DNA from: Candidatus Acetatifactor stercoripullorum
GTDB lineage: Bacteria > Bacillota > Clostridia > Lachnospirales > Lachnospiraceae
DNA: 64,000 nucleotides
NCBI GenBank assembly: GCA_019114005.1
Contig: DXGH01000010.1
Coordinates: 6,723-70,722, forward strand
Direction of reading: 5' to 3'
How positions within the stretch are numbered: position 1 is the stretch's first letter; the number at the start of each line of letters is the position of its first letter. The notes under the pieces were generated by a model. The model did not search any database. It saw nothing but the letters and a program-made list of their open reading frames with translations, and was not told where the DNA came from. Positions 21,343-30,141 of the stretch are shown here, one piece after another. The position numbers and the translations under genes are program-made.

Positions 21343-21376
21343 ACCTTCTCCTCCCTTCTTTCCTCTTTTCTATAAA

Positions 21377-21402
21377 AACGAATTCTGTGCCAAAAGGTTC
21401 CC
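21377..21402 (-). promoter_or_regulatory. Putative ECF autoregulatory promoter
   Basis: - strand GGGAAC - 16 nt - CGTT, matching the AAC-N16-CGT ECF consensus, 35 nt upstream of the sigma start. Confidence 0.6.
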
Positions 21403-21466
21403 GGCAAATGTGTGTCTGCATCCGCACACAAAATTGCCCCGCAGGCATCCTCCCTGCGAGGCACAG

Positions 21467-22189
21467 TTATGCTTTCCCTATCAGGTCCTTTACTACCTCC
21501 CCCGCCAATATCAAGCCTGCCGCAGCAGGCACAAAGGATATACTTCCCGGCGTAGAGCGTTTTCCATTCTCCCCTGTTGTCTCCCCGGGTATCTTGGGAG
21601 GCTCTGTGGAAAAAACTACCTTTAACGCCTTTACCCCTCGCTTCTTTAACTCCCTTCGCATTACCCTGGCCAGGGGACAGACAGAGGTCTCATAAATATC
21701 GGCTGCCTGAAAGGCCCCGGGGTTCAGCTTGTTTCCCGCTCCCATGCAGCTTATCACCGGCACACCGCAGTTTATGGCGCGCAGAATAATGTCAATTTTG
21801 GCAGTCACCGTATCCACCGCATCCACCACATAATCGTAGGCGGAAAAATCAAATTGTCCTGCTGTTTCCGGCAGATAAAAGCATTGATGGAGCGTAACCT
21901 GTACCTTGGGATTGATGGACAGCATCCGCTCCCGCATTACCTCTGTCTTATACCTGCCCAGTGTGTGATAATCGGCAATAATCTGTCTGTTTAAATTGGT
22001 AAGGCTCACTGTGTCATTGTCTATCAGGTCAAAGGCGCCCACGCCGCTTCTCACCAGAGCCTCCGCCACATAGCCTCCCACACCTCCAATGCCAAACAAA
22101 GCCACTTTTGCTTTCTGCAGGCGTTTTACGCCATCCTCTCCAATTAAAAGCTCCGTTCTGGAAAATTGGTTTTCAGGCTGATCTTTCAC
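21467..22189 (-). CDS. ThiF/E1-like protein, tRNA threonylcarbamoyladenosine dehydratase (TcdA-like)
   Basis: FSRTELLIG, GIGGVGG, TNLNRQ, DAVDTVTAK, CPLARVMRREL; GTG start after GAGG. Confidence 0.88.
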   Translation of the reverse strand: MKDQPENQFSRTELLIGEDGVKRLQKAKVALFGIGGVGGYVAEALVRSGVGAFDLIDNDTVSLTNLNRQIIADYHTLGRYKTEVMRERMLSINPKVQVTLHQCFYLPETAGQFDFSAYDYVVDAVDTVTAKIDIILRAINCGVPVISCMGAGNKLNPGAFQAADIYETSVCPLARVMRRELKKRGVKALKVVFSTEPPKIPGETTGENGKRSTPGSISFVPAAAGLILAGEVVKDLIGKA

Positions 22190-22200
22190 ACAAATTCCTC

Positions 22201-23760
22201 CTACATCAGGGGTGCAAGCATTCTTAACAGCTTTCCCTCCATTCTTACAAAAAGATTCTGCTTTTTGTAATCCTCCGGACGCACCTCCTGGCATTGCTTC
22301 AGTGTCTCTTTAAAATCCCTCTCCACAGCATCTATCTGGGAATTCAAGTACATAACCACGCCGCATTCAAAGTGATGGTACAGACTCCTGTAATCCAGAT
22401 TGACGGTTCCCACCACGGCTCTTACGTCATCCGACACAAACACCTTTGCATGGACAAAGCCCGGCGTATACTCCCAGATTTGGATTCCTGCCTCCAAAAG
22501 CTCATTATAATAGGTTTTGGCAACCACAAAAGCATACTGCTTGTCGGGAATGTGAGGCATGATAATTGTCACCTCCACCCCTCTTTTGGCGGCATAAACC
22601 AGAGCCATCATCATTTCGTGGTCGAGAATCAAATAAGGCGTCATGATGTGCACATACCGGCAGGCAGTGTTTAAGATATCCAGGTATACTCTCTTGCCTA
22701 TATGCTCCTCGCTAAAAGGGCTCGACCCATAAGGAAGGAAAAATCCGTCCCTGGGAAGCGCCGCCTCCCTGGGCGACTTATATTTCCCGTAGTCCTCCTC
22801 CCCCTTTTCAGAAACATTCCACATTTCCAGAAACATATAGGTAAAGCGCTCCACCGCGTCTCCCTTCAGCATGATCGCAGTATCCTTCCAATGCCCGAAG
22901 CGTTCCTTCTCATTGATATACTCGTCTGCCAGATTGGTGCCCCCGGTAAAGGCAGTCTTACCGTCGATTACAATAATCTTTCTATGGTCCCGGTTATTAT
23001 AGGAGGATGAAAAAATAGGCTTTATGGGACAAAAGGTTTTGCAGCGGATTCCCTCCTTTTCCAAAAGCTTTGGATAAAAGCTGGGAAGATACCACAAAGA
23101 GCAGGTGTCGTCATACAAAAGCCTGACCTCCACTCCCTGCTTCACCTTTTCTTTCAGAATGCTTAAGACACTCTCCCACACGCGTCCTTCTTCTATGATA
23201 AAGTACTCCAAAAAAATAAAGTTTTCTGCCTTTTGCAGCTCAGCCAGTATATCCGGAAACTGATCATCTCCCAAAGGGTAATAAACAGCCTGGGTGTTTC
23301 CATACACAGGACTGTTATCATAGGTCTGCATATAATCTGCAAAACGCCCCATCTGAATATTTTCCTCAAAAAGCTGCTCCCGGGCCTCGTTATTCTGCGG
23401 CGTATACTGCTTTATGACATCATTAATCTCACAAAGCCTTTTTTTCAAACGTTTTGTGCCCGTCTGAGTGTCGATATACACATAAAAAAGCGCTCCAAAA
23501 ACCGGAAATACCACTATGGGAAGCATCCACACCAGTTTAAAATCCGGAGTGCCCTCACTGTTAAACAAACGCAGCACCACCAACACGCTCAGCAAAATGA
23601 AGAAGCCGTAGATGAAAAGGCTGTACTGGCGCAGTCTGATAAATGCTATAAACAGCAGCGCAAACTGCACCAAAAAAGCAGCCACCACAAAGAGGGTTCT
23701 CCCATATATGATGGTTTTGAGCCCCTTTATGCTCTTTTGCTTTACTTCTTTCGTATTCAT
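22201..23760 (-). CDS. cls: Cardiolipin synthase
   Basis: Two HKD motifs (RDHRKIIVID, FVHAKVFVSD), N-terminal TMs. Confidence 0.93.
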   Translation of the reverse strand: MNTKEVKQKSIKGLKTIIYGRTLFVVAAFLVQFALLFIAFIRLRQYSLFIYGFFILLSVLVVLRLFNSEGTPDFKLVWMLPIVVFPVFGALFYVYIDTQTGTKRLKKRLCEINDVIKQYTPQNNEAREQLFEENIQMGRFADYMQTYDNSPVYGNTQAVYYPLGDDQFPDILAELQKAENFIFLEYFIIEEGRVWESVLSILKEKVKQGVEVRLLYDDTCSLWYLPSFYPKLLEKEGIRCKTFCPIKPIFSSSYNNRDHRKIIVIDGKTAFTGGTNLADEYINEKERFGHWKDTAIMLKGDAVERFTYMFLEMWNVSEKGEEDYGKYKSPREAALPRDGFFLPYGSSPFSEEHIGKRVYLDILNTACRYVHIMTPYLILDHEMMMALVYAAKRGVEVTIIMPHIPDKQYAFVVAKTYYNELLEAGIQIWEYTPGFVHAKVFVSDDVRAVVGTVNLDYRSLYHHFECGVVMYLNSQIDAVERDFKETLKQCQEVRPEDYKKQNLFVRMEGKLLRMLAPLM

Positions 23761-23797
23761 TCCATCCCCTGCTCTCCTGATTTATGTCCGCTGCCTG

Positions 23798-24469
23798 TCA
23801 AGAAAATTTCACATAATGCTCAAGTCCTACGGAGCAGACCATGGCCGCAGCCTCCGTCTTAAGCCCGTGCTTTTTATTGATCATCTCCATGATAGCGTTC
23901 CGCAGGTCTCCCGCCGCCACTATAGCGATGATCTCCTTTTCAGACTGCAGGGAAATCCCGTAAAACTGGCTGGTATCTTCAGGCCCGGCCCACCTTGCCC
24001 GAATCACAGTGCCGCCTCTGGCTCCCGCCTGTCTGGCCGTATCCATCACGTCATCCGTATGTCCCTGATTCACTGAAACCAAAATCAGGCTGTAATCTGT
24101 CTTTGCTTCCATCTGTGTTCCTCCGTTTCCGCTTTCCTGTCCGCTTAAAAGCACTGTGGCGATGAGACTGTTTAACCCGGTAAGCGACATATCAAACACA
24201 ATCCCGCTGCCGTAAATATCACTTTCAAGACCGTCGTCCAGCCTGCGCAAAAGCCGCTGGGACCTCTCCCCGGATGTTATGCTGATCAAAATATCCTTCT
24301 CAGCGCTTCCAATACCCAAAACGTCCAGAAGGTCTGAGGAGGCCGTTCCCCTCCCCATAGACTGGTAATTGCAGAGCACTCCCTGCTCTGCGTACAGCTT
24401 TGCCAAGGCCTTGCCTTTTCCGCGCTCCGCAAAGGTTACCACCAGCTTTACACTTTTTTTATCTGCCAT
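23798..24469 (-). CDS. Tandem PII-like (GlnB-fold) domain protein
   Basis: Two about 100-aa repeats: GRGTASS...EKDIL and GARGGTVIRARWAG...EKEII; adjacent to DUF1538. Confidence 0.65.
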   Translation of the reverse strand: MADKKSVKLVVTFAERGKGKALAKLYAEQGVLCNYQSMGRGTASSDLLDVLGIGSAEKDILISITSGERSQRLLRRLDDGLESDIYGSGIVFDMSLTGLNSLIATVLLSGQESGNGGTQMEAKTDYSLILVSVNQGHTDDVMDTARQAGARGGTVIRARWAGPEDTSQFYGISLQSEKEIIAIVAAGDLRNAIMEMINKKHGLKTEAAAMVCSVGLEHYVKFS

Positions 24470-24490
24470 AGCTCTTCCTCACATTTTACG

Positions 24491-26011
24491 TTAATCAAAA
24501 TAAATGATGCTGTCCTCCACTTCTCTCAGCTGCAGAATAAGCTTGCGCTTCCTGATGCGTTTGCGCACATTATCCGCCAGGCCCAGCATCTGGATGGTGA
24601 GCAGCGGCGTCATAGCAACCATGGCCACAATGCCAAAAGCGTCGGTCAGCACGTTTCCTCCCATCGCCTCGCAGGCTCCCATTGCCAGAGGAAGCAAAAA
24701 CGTAGTTGTCATGGGTCCGCTGGCCACGCCGCCGGAATCAAAGGCAATACCGGTAAATATCTGGGGTACAAAAAAGGTCATCACAAGAGAAATCAAATAG
24801 CCCGGCACCAAAAACCACATAATGTTCAGTCCCGTCAAAATACGCAGCATGGCAATGCCAACGGAAAAGGCGATACCGATAGAGAGGCTGTGTCCGATGG
24901 CCTTCTGGGTAATAGAGCCGTTGGTCACGTCCTCCACCTGTCTGGTGAGCACCTGCACTGCAGGCTCTGCCTTCACAATAAAGTAGCCGATGACCATGCC
25001 GATGGGAATCAGCACCCAGGGCTGGCTGCTTCCTGCAACGGCAGACCCGATATACTGTCCGGCCGGCATAAAGCCCACGTTTACGCCTGTCAAAAACAGC
25101 ACCAGCCCTATGTAGCTGTATACAAAGCCCGAAAGAATCCGCAAAAGCTGTCTGCTGTGGAATCTGCGGAAAATACACTGGAACACAATAAACACACCTG
25201 CAATGGGAATAAGCGCCACTGCCACCTCCTCCATATAGGCAGGAAAAGCTCTGGCAAACTGCATTGCCACCTCTCTGGTGCTGTCAAGCTCCGAAAGCTC
25301 CACCATGCTGTAGGCTGCATCCTCCGGGCTATAGCAGATACCAAGAATCATTACGGAAAGAATCGGCCCGATACTGCAGATGGCCGTCAGACCAAAGCTG
25401 TCGCTGCTGGAATTTTTGTCGCTTCGCACGGAAGCCATACCAATACCCAGCGCCATGATAAAGGGAACCGTCACCGGACCTGTGGTAACGCCGCCGGAGT
25501 CAAAGGAAACCGGGATAAAATCTTCGGGAACAAAAAAGGTCAGCAGAAAAACAATCGCATAGAAAAAAATCAGGATATAGGAAAGGGGAATTCCAAAGAT
25601 AATTCGAATCTGCGAAACCACAAGGAAGAGGCCAACTCCTATAGCCACCGTCCAGATCAGCACCATGTTGGGAATGGATGGCACCTGTTCAGCCAGCACC
25701 TGCAGGTCTGGCTCCGCAATGGTAATCAAAACCCCTAACACAAAACACACCAAAAGCGGAAGAATGATTTTCTTTGCCTTGGAAAGCTGTACTCCAATAC
25801 CCTCTCCCATGGGAATCATGGACATATCCACCCCCAGAGTAAAAAAGCCCATTCCCACAATCAGAAGCACCGCTCCAAACAAAAACAGCATCATCGTCCC
25901 CGGCGTCAGGGGAGCAATGGTAATGGTAAGCAGTAAGACAATAATAGTGATCGGCAGGACAGAAGCAACGGATTCATATACTTTTTCTCGTAATAGTTCA
26001 TTGTGCAGCAA
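24491..26011 (-). CDS. DUF1538 membrane protein with two fused repeats
   Basis: IAEPDLQVL / KAEPAVQVL and FDSGGVTTGPVTVPF / FDSGGVASGPMTTTF repeated halves. Confidence 0.85.
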   Translation of the reverse strand: MLHNELLREKVYESVASVLPITIIVLLLTITIAPLTPGTMMLFLFGAVLLIVGMGFFTLGVDMSMIPMGEGIGVQLSKAKKIILPLLVCFVLGVLITIAEPDLQVLAEQVPSIPNMVLIWTVAIGVGLFLVVSQIRIIFGIPLSYILIFFYAIVFLLTFFVPEDFIPVSFDSGGVTTGPVTVPFIMALGIGMASVRSDKNSSSDSFGLTAICSIGPILSVMILGICYSPEDAAYSMVELSELDSTREVAMQFARAFPAYMEEVAVALIPIAGVFIVFQCIFRRFHSRQLLRILSGFVYSYIGLVLFLTGVNVGFMPAGQYIGSAVAGSSQPWVLIPIGMVIGYFIVKAEPAVQVLTRQVEDVTNGSITQKAIGHSLSIGIAFSVGIAMLRILTGLNIMWFLVPGYLISLVMTFFVPQIFTGIAFDSGGVASGPMTTTFLLPLAMGACEAMGGNVLTDAFGIVAMVAMTPLLTIQMLGLADNVRKRIRKRKLILQLREVEDSIIYFD

Positions 26012-26173
26012 TCTTTCTACTCCTTTCTGTCAAAAAGGGCAGGGGGACGGTTTTCCCATCTCTCTGCACCTGCGCATATATTTATAGTACTATGAACCAG
26101 ATAAAAAATCAAACAAAAATCCTCGAAAGTTTTTGTAAAAAAATTCTGCGGGCGATGCCCGCAGAATTTTCTT

Positions 26174-27448
26174 CTACACAGTTTTCTTTTCCACTTCTGT
26201 ATTCTTTGCCTTCACTGCCATCCAGAAGAATACCATCCCAACGGCAAACAAAACGGCAATCATTCCCACCCCTTTATTGATATCTCCAGTCAGCTGGGAC
26301 ACCACGCTGACAACAGTGGTTCCCATAAAGGAAGCGCCTTTTCCGCAGATATCCATAAGCCCAAAATATTCACCTGACTGCTCAGGAGGAATGATACGGG
26401 CAAAGTAAGACCTGGAAAGCGCCTGAATGCCTCCCTGGAACATTCCCACCAGTACCGCAAGCACCCAAAACTGAGACTGTACAGTCAAAAACATGGCAAA
26501 AACGGCAATGCTGAAATAAGCGGCAATACACACGGCAATGAGCTTATGGGCAGCAATGCTTCTGGCAAGCCTTCCAAACAAAATCGCAAAGGGAAAGGCC
26601 ACGATCTGCGTCACCAAAAGGGCCAAAAGCAGTCCGGTGCTGTCGAAGCCCAGCGCGGAGCCATATGCGGTGGCCATGTCGATAATGGTGTAAACACCGT
26701 CAATATAAAAGAAGAAGGCAAGCAGAAACAGAAATATCTTTTTTTCCTTCCGCACGTTCAGCAGTGTCCTGCCGATACGCTGAAAGCTCTCGGATATTGC
26801 ATTCTTTTTCTTTTCCACATAGTTTTTTTGTCTATAGCCCTTTAAGAGAGGAACCGTCATTCCCAGCCACCACAGAGCGATAATGACAAAGGAAATTGCC
26901 ATGGCATTCTCCATGGAAAGTCCAAGAGGCTCCGCTCCCAGCACAAGCCCCAGGCACACTACAAAGGGAATACAGCTTCCGATATAGCCCCAGGCATAGC
27001 CAAGAGAGGAAACATTATCCATGCGGTCATTGTCAGTCACATCCGAAAGCATGGAGTCATATACGATCAAGCTTCCCGAATACCCTATCTTGGCAATCAC
27101 AAAAATAATCAGAAAAATCAGCCACTGCCTTGCCAGCCCCAGGCTGATGCAGCCCACAGCACCCACAAGAAGAGATACGATAAACAGGGGTTTCTTATAG
27201 CCCTTAGTATCGGCCATTGCACCGAATACCGGTCCTAAAAAAGCTACCGCCAGGGTCGCAGCGGAGGCCGCATAGCCCCAAAAGGCCAGATAATCCACTG
27301 AGGACACTCCCGCGTTATCCGCCAGATAATTAAAATAGATGGGCATAATGGTGGATATCAAAAGGGTAAAGGCAGAATTTCCCACATCATACAATATCCA
27401 GCTTTTTTCTGCCCTGGTCAGGCGAAAGCCTGTTTTTTTCTCTTTCAT
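26174..27448 (-). CDS. MFS transporter, UMF1/Atg22 family
   Basis: WILYDVGNSAF, GYAWGYIG, QGGIQALSRS. Confidence 0.9.
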   Translation of the reverse strand: MKEKKTGFRLTRAEKSWILYDVGNSAFTLLISTIMPIYFNYLADNAGVSSVDYLAFWGYAASAATLAVAFLGPVFGAMADTKGYKKPLFIVSLLVGAVGCISLGLARQWLIFLIIFVIAKIGYSGSLIVYDSMLSDVTDNDRMDNVSSLGYAWGYIGSCIPFVVCLGLVLGAEPLGLSMENAMAISFVIIALWWLGMTVPLLKGYRQKNYVEKKKNAISESFQRIGRTLLNVRKEKKIFLFLLAFFFYIDGVYTIIDMATAYGSALGFDSTGLLLALLVTQIVAFPFAILFGRLARSIAAHKLIAVCIAAYFSIAVFAMFLTVQSQFWVLAVLVGMFQGGIQALSRSYFARIIPPEQSGEYFGLMDICGKGASFMGTTVVSVVSQLTGDINKGVGMIAVLFAVGMVFFWMAVKAKNTEVEKKTV

Positions 27449-28305
27449 TGCGCTCTCCTTTGGTCATGTGCTGATATTTTTTCTCCAGTCTTTTCCTTCG
27501 GCATTGGAAGCTTGGAATCGAAGGTTTTTTCATAAACGGGGGACAGTTTTCTTTCTCCGGAAAGAAAGTCCCCATATTCTCCGATCAGCTTTACCGCCAG
27601 CTTCTTTGCCTCATCGTACAGAATCGTTAAGCGTCTTGTGCTGTCGGCACATTTCTCGTTCCTTTTGTAAGGAAGCACCAGGCCATGTATTTTTTCATAA
27701 TTGCCGGACAGCTTTAAAACAGCATAAATCAGCCCTCTTTTCAAAGGTGAGGGCGCCACAAGCAGGTTATTGTAAAAGATCGTGCCCTTCAGCGCTTTTA
27801 ATGTCTGCCTGGCTGTAATCTTTGGAAAAAATGCCTGTATGACCGCCGCATTTTCCGGTGTGGCCGCAATGTGTCCGGCTAACTTTTGCCTTATGGGATT
27901 CAAACCGTCTCTCGTCATAAGCTCCCTGTCAAATTCCGCTTCGATCTCTGTGTGGGAAACGCCGCTTTTCTTTATTTTTTCATCAATATATCCGTGGCAC
28001 GTCACATCCAGGGCAAAATGGCAGATAAATCCATATACATAGGACAGACAGGCCTCTTTGTCCGGGCGGGATTTTATAACCTTTGCAGCTCTTGCAAAAA
28101 AATAGCTCCCTGGTTTATCGTGCATGCCGTATCCCGTCCGGTTTACGGGATTCGATGAAAGGGGCTTGTAATAAAATAGAATATCCGGGCCGTGCAGTCC
28201 AATCAAAAACAGCTGGGGATATTTTTCTATGATCTGCCTTTCCGGCTTCCCCAGGAGTGCTTTTACCTGCAGACCCATTTTGTGATGAGCATACATGGAT
28301 GGCAT
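27445..28305 (-). CDS. Zinc-dependent phospholipase C-like protein
   Basis: N-terminal MPSMYAHH, HGPDILFY, GFICHFALD...HGY, H..IEAEFD; ATGA overlap with the MFS gene. Confidence 0.75.
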   Translation of the reverse strand: MPSMYAHHKMGLQVKALLGKPERQIIEKYPQLFLIGLHGPDILFYYKPLSSNPVNRTGYGMHDKPGSYFFARAAKVIKSRPDKEACLSYVYGFICHFALDVTCHGYIDEKIKKSGVSHTEIEAEFDRELMTRDGLNPIRQKLAGHIAATPENAAVIQAFFPKITARQTLKALKGTIFYNNLLVAPSPLKRGLIYAVLKLSGNYEKIHGLVLPYKRNEKCADSTRRLTILYDEAKKLAVKLIGEYGDFLSGERKLSPVYEKTFDSKLPMPKEKTGEKISAHDQRRAQ

Positions 28306-28331
28306 AATGGTCTCCTTTTCTCATAGGAAGT

Positions 28332-28357
28332 AAGGCCGGATGAGGATATCCGGCCTT
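28332..28357. repeat. Perfect 10-bp hairpin upstream of the PLC-like gene
   Basis: AAGGCCGGAT-GAGGAT-ATCCGGCCTT. Confidence 0.8.
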
Positions 28358-28453
28358 GTATGTCTACCTTTTTTATTTATTTTATCATTTTTTTCATAAA
28401 ATACAATCTGTTCCATGTGAAATCTACCTAAGTTTCAGGTAAAATTCAGTTCG

Positions 28454-29119
28454 TCAGGCGAGAATCTCTCCCTGTGTGGAGATGGTGACCACCTGCCAGG
28501 GAAGAAACTTTCCACTCATTTTCAGAGCTGTGACCGCCGCATGCTCGATGCCGCCGCAGCAAGGCACCTCCATGCGCACGATTGTAAGTGCGCTGATCTC
28601 ATTGCGCTTTATAATTTCCGCAAGCTTTTCTGTGTAATCCACCCCATCCAGCTTGGGACAGCCTATCAGCGTAATTTTCCCCCGGATAAAATCCTGATGA
28701 AAGTCAGCGTAAGCATAAGCCGTACAGTCCGCTGCAATCAGCAGATGGGCTCCCTGAAAATACGGAGCGGTTAAGGGGGCCAGCTTGATCTGTACCGGCC
28801 ACTGGCGAAGCTGGGACCTGCCGGAAGGCTGTTCCTTGTCTGAAAGCTCCTTCTTGCTTGAAAGCTGTCCTTGGCCTGAAAGCTGTCTCTTGCTTTCTTT
28901 TACCGCCGCCTCATCATAAGCTGCAGCCTCACGCTCTACAAAGGTGATGGCTCCCACCGGGCAGGCGGGAAGGCAGTCCCCCAGCCCATCACAGTAATCC
29001 TCCCGCAGAAGCGCCGCCTTTCCATTTATCATGCCGATGGCGCCCTCGTGACAGGCTTGGGCACAGATTCCGCAGCCGTTACACTTTTCCTGATCTATCT
29101 CAATGATTTTCCGTATCAT
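28454..29119 (-). CDS. 4Fe-4S dicluster protein (ferredoxin domain plus Cys-rich C-terminal domain; type often found beside hcp)
   Basis: CNGCGICAQAC, CDGLGDCLPACP, QWPVQIKL, ADCTA, GCPKLD, MEVPCCGG; real start MIRKII at 29119. Confidence 0.85.
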   Translation of the reverse strand: MIRKIIEIDQEKCNGCGICAQACHEGAIGMINGKAALLREDYCDGLGDCLPACPVGAITFVEREAAAYDEAAVKESKRQLSGQGQLSSKKELSDKEQPSGRSQLRQWPVQIKLAPLTAPYFQGAHLLIAADCTAYAYADFHQDFIRGKITLIGCPKLDGVDYTEKLAEIIKRNEISALTIVRMEVPCCGGIEHAAVTALKMSGKFLPWQVVTISTQGEILA

Positions 29120-29156
29120 GCAATTCCTCCATTCAATAGATTTTGCAAGCTTTTTC

Positions 29157-29215
29157 TTGACTTTACAGCAGAAGTATACTATGCTTTTTGCAAAAAGTAT
29201 GTTGTTCAAACAACA
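29157..29215. promoter_or_regulatory. Divergent promoter pair with Crp/Fnr box 1
   Basis: + strand TTGACT-N17-TATGCT (29157-29185); - strand TATACT (29178-29173); box TGTTG-TTCAAA-CAACA at 29200-29215. Confidence 0.8.
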
Positions 29216-29229
29216 AAAACGGAGAAAAA

Positions 29230-29886
29230 ATGAAAAATTCCCTTTTGTCCAATACCGCACTCTTTCGAGGCGTCCACCAAAAAGAAACTGATTCCCTGCT
29301 TTCCTGCCTCCAGGCATATGAAAAAAGCTATGAGAAAAATCAAGTAATCCTTCACGCAGGAGATATGGTGGACTCCCTGGGAATGGTTTTGGAGGGCACT
29401 GTCCTGATAGAAGCCGATGATATCTGGGGAAACAGAAGCATCCTGGACAAGGCTGAATGCGGTCAGATTTTTGCGGAAACCTACGCACTGCTGCCGGGGG
29501 AGCCCCTTATGGTGAATGTTACCGCCGCCTGCTGCTGCCGGATTCTCTTTTTGAATGTCAGAAAGCTTACCCAGACCTGCAGCGCCAGCTGCCCTTTTCA
29601 CCACAAGATGATCGGGAATCTCCTTTCTTTATCCGCCGAAAAAAATCTCAAGCTGTCCCGGCGTATTTTTCACACCTCCTCAAAATCCATACGGGGAAGG
29701 CTTATCTCTTATTTTTCCCAGCAGGTAAGGCAAAACGGAAGCTATCAGTTTACCATCCCCTTTAACCGAAAGCAGCTGGCAGATTATCTGGGAGTTGACC
29801 GCAGTGCGCTCTCCAATGAGCTTTCTAAAATGCAAAAGGAAGGTATTCTCTCCTATGAAAAGAATACCTTCCGCATGATACCCTGA
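29230..29886 (+). CDS. Crp/Fnr family transcriptional regulator (paralog 1)
   Basis: cNMP-like domain, CSASCPFH, HTH IPFNRKQLADYLGVDRSALSNEL. Confidence 0.92.
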   Translation: MKNSLLSNTALFRGVHQKETDSLLSCLQAYEKSYEKNQVILHAGDMVDSLGMVLEGTVLIEADDIWGNRSILDKAECGQIFAETYALLPGEPLMVNVTAACCCRILFLNVRKLTQTCSASCPFHHKMIGNLLSLSAEKNLKLSRRIFHTSSKSIRGRLISYFSQQVRQNGSYQFTIPFNRKQLADYLGVDRSALSNELSKMQKEGILSYEKNTFRMIP

Positions 29887-29894
29887 AAGCCAGC

Positions 29895-30053
29895 TTATGC
29901 TTCCACGAACGCATCCTTACCTAATCCGCAGAGGGGGCAGACCCAGTCGTCCGGGATATCCTCAAAGGCCGTTCCCGGCGCAATTCCTCCATCGGGATCG
30001 CCCACCTCAGGATCATATACCCAGCCGCATGCTTCACATACATATTTCTTCAT
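29895..30053 (-). CDS. Rubredoxin (52 aa; absent from the ORF track)
   Basis: [52 protein letters not shown]; two C-x2-C-G knuckles; RBS AAGGAAGAG. Confidence 0.97.
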   Translation of the reverse strand: MKKYVCEACGWVYDPEVGDPDGGIAPGTAFEDIPDDWVCPLCGLGKDAFVEA

Positions 30054-30141
30054 AGTCTCTTCCTTTCTTCTTTCCTTTTATTGTTTGTACTTATTGTTTC
30101 TATGTGATGAACCGCTGCATGCGGTTCCAAACACCAAAGTT

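Noticed and set aside
26105-26150. TTTTTTTACA (- strand) upstream of DUF1538 as a KdpE box
   Set aside because: Matches only the T-rich half of the E. coli site in an AT-rich spacer; not distinguishable from background
28331-28360. Resemblance of the hairpin to the enterobacterial REP (GTAGGCCGGATAAGG...)
   Set aside because: Single copy in 64 kb, no RAYT transposase, wrong phylum; treated as an ordinary hairpin
29119-29488. ORF-track N-terminal extensions (Fe-S protein to 29488, kinase from 16392, anti-sigma to 20935, tcdA to 22294, rpsJ to 14034)
   Set aside because: They overlap neighbouring genes or promoters; better RBS-supported starts lie downstream
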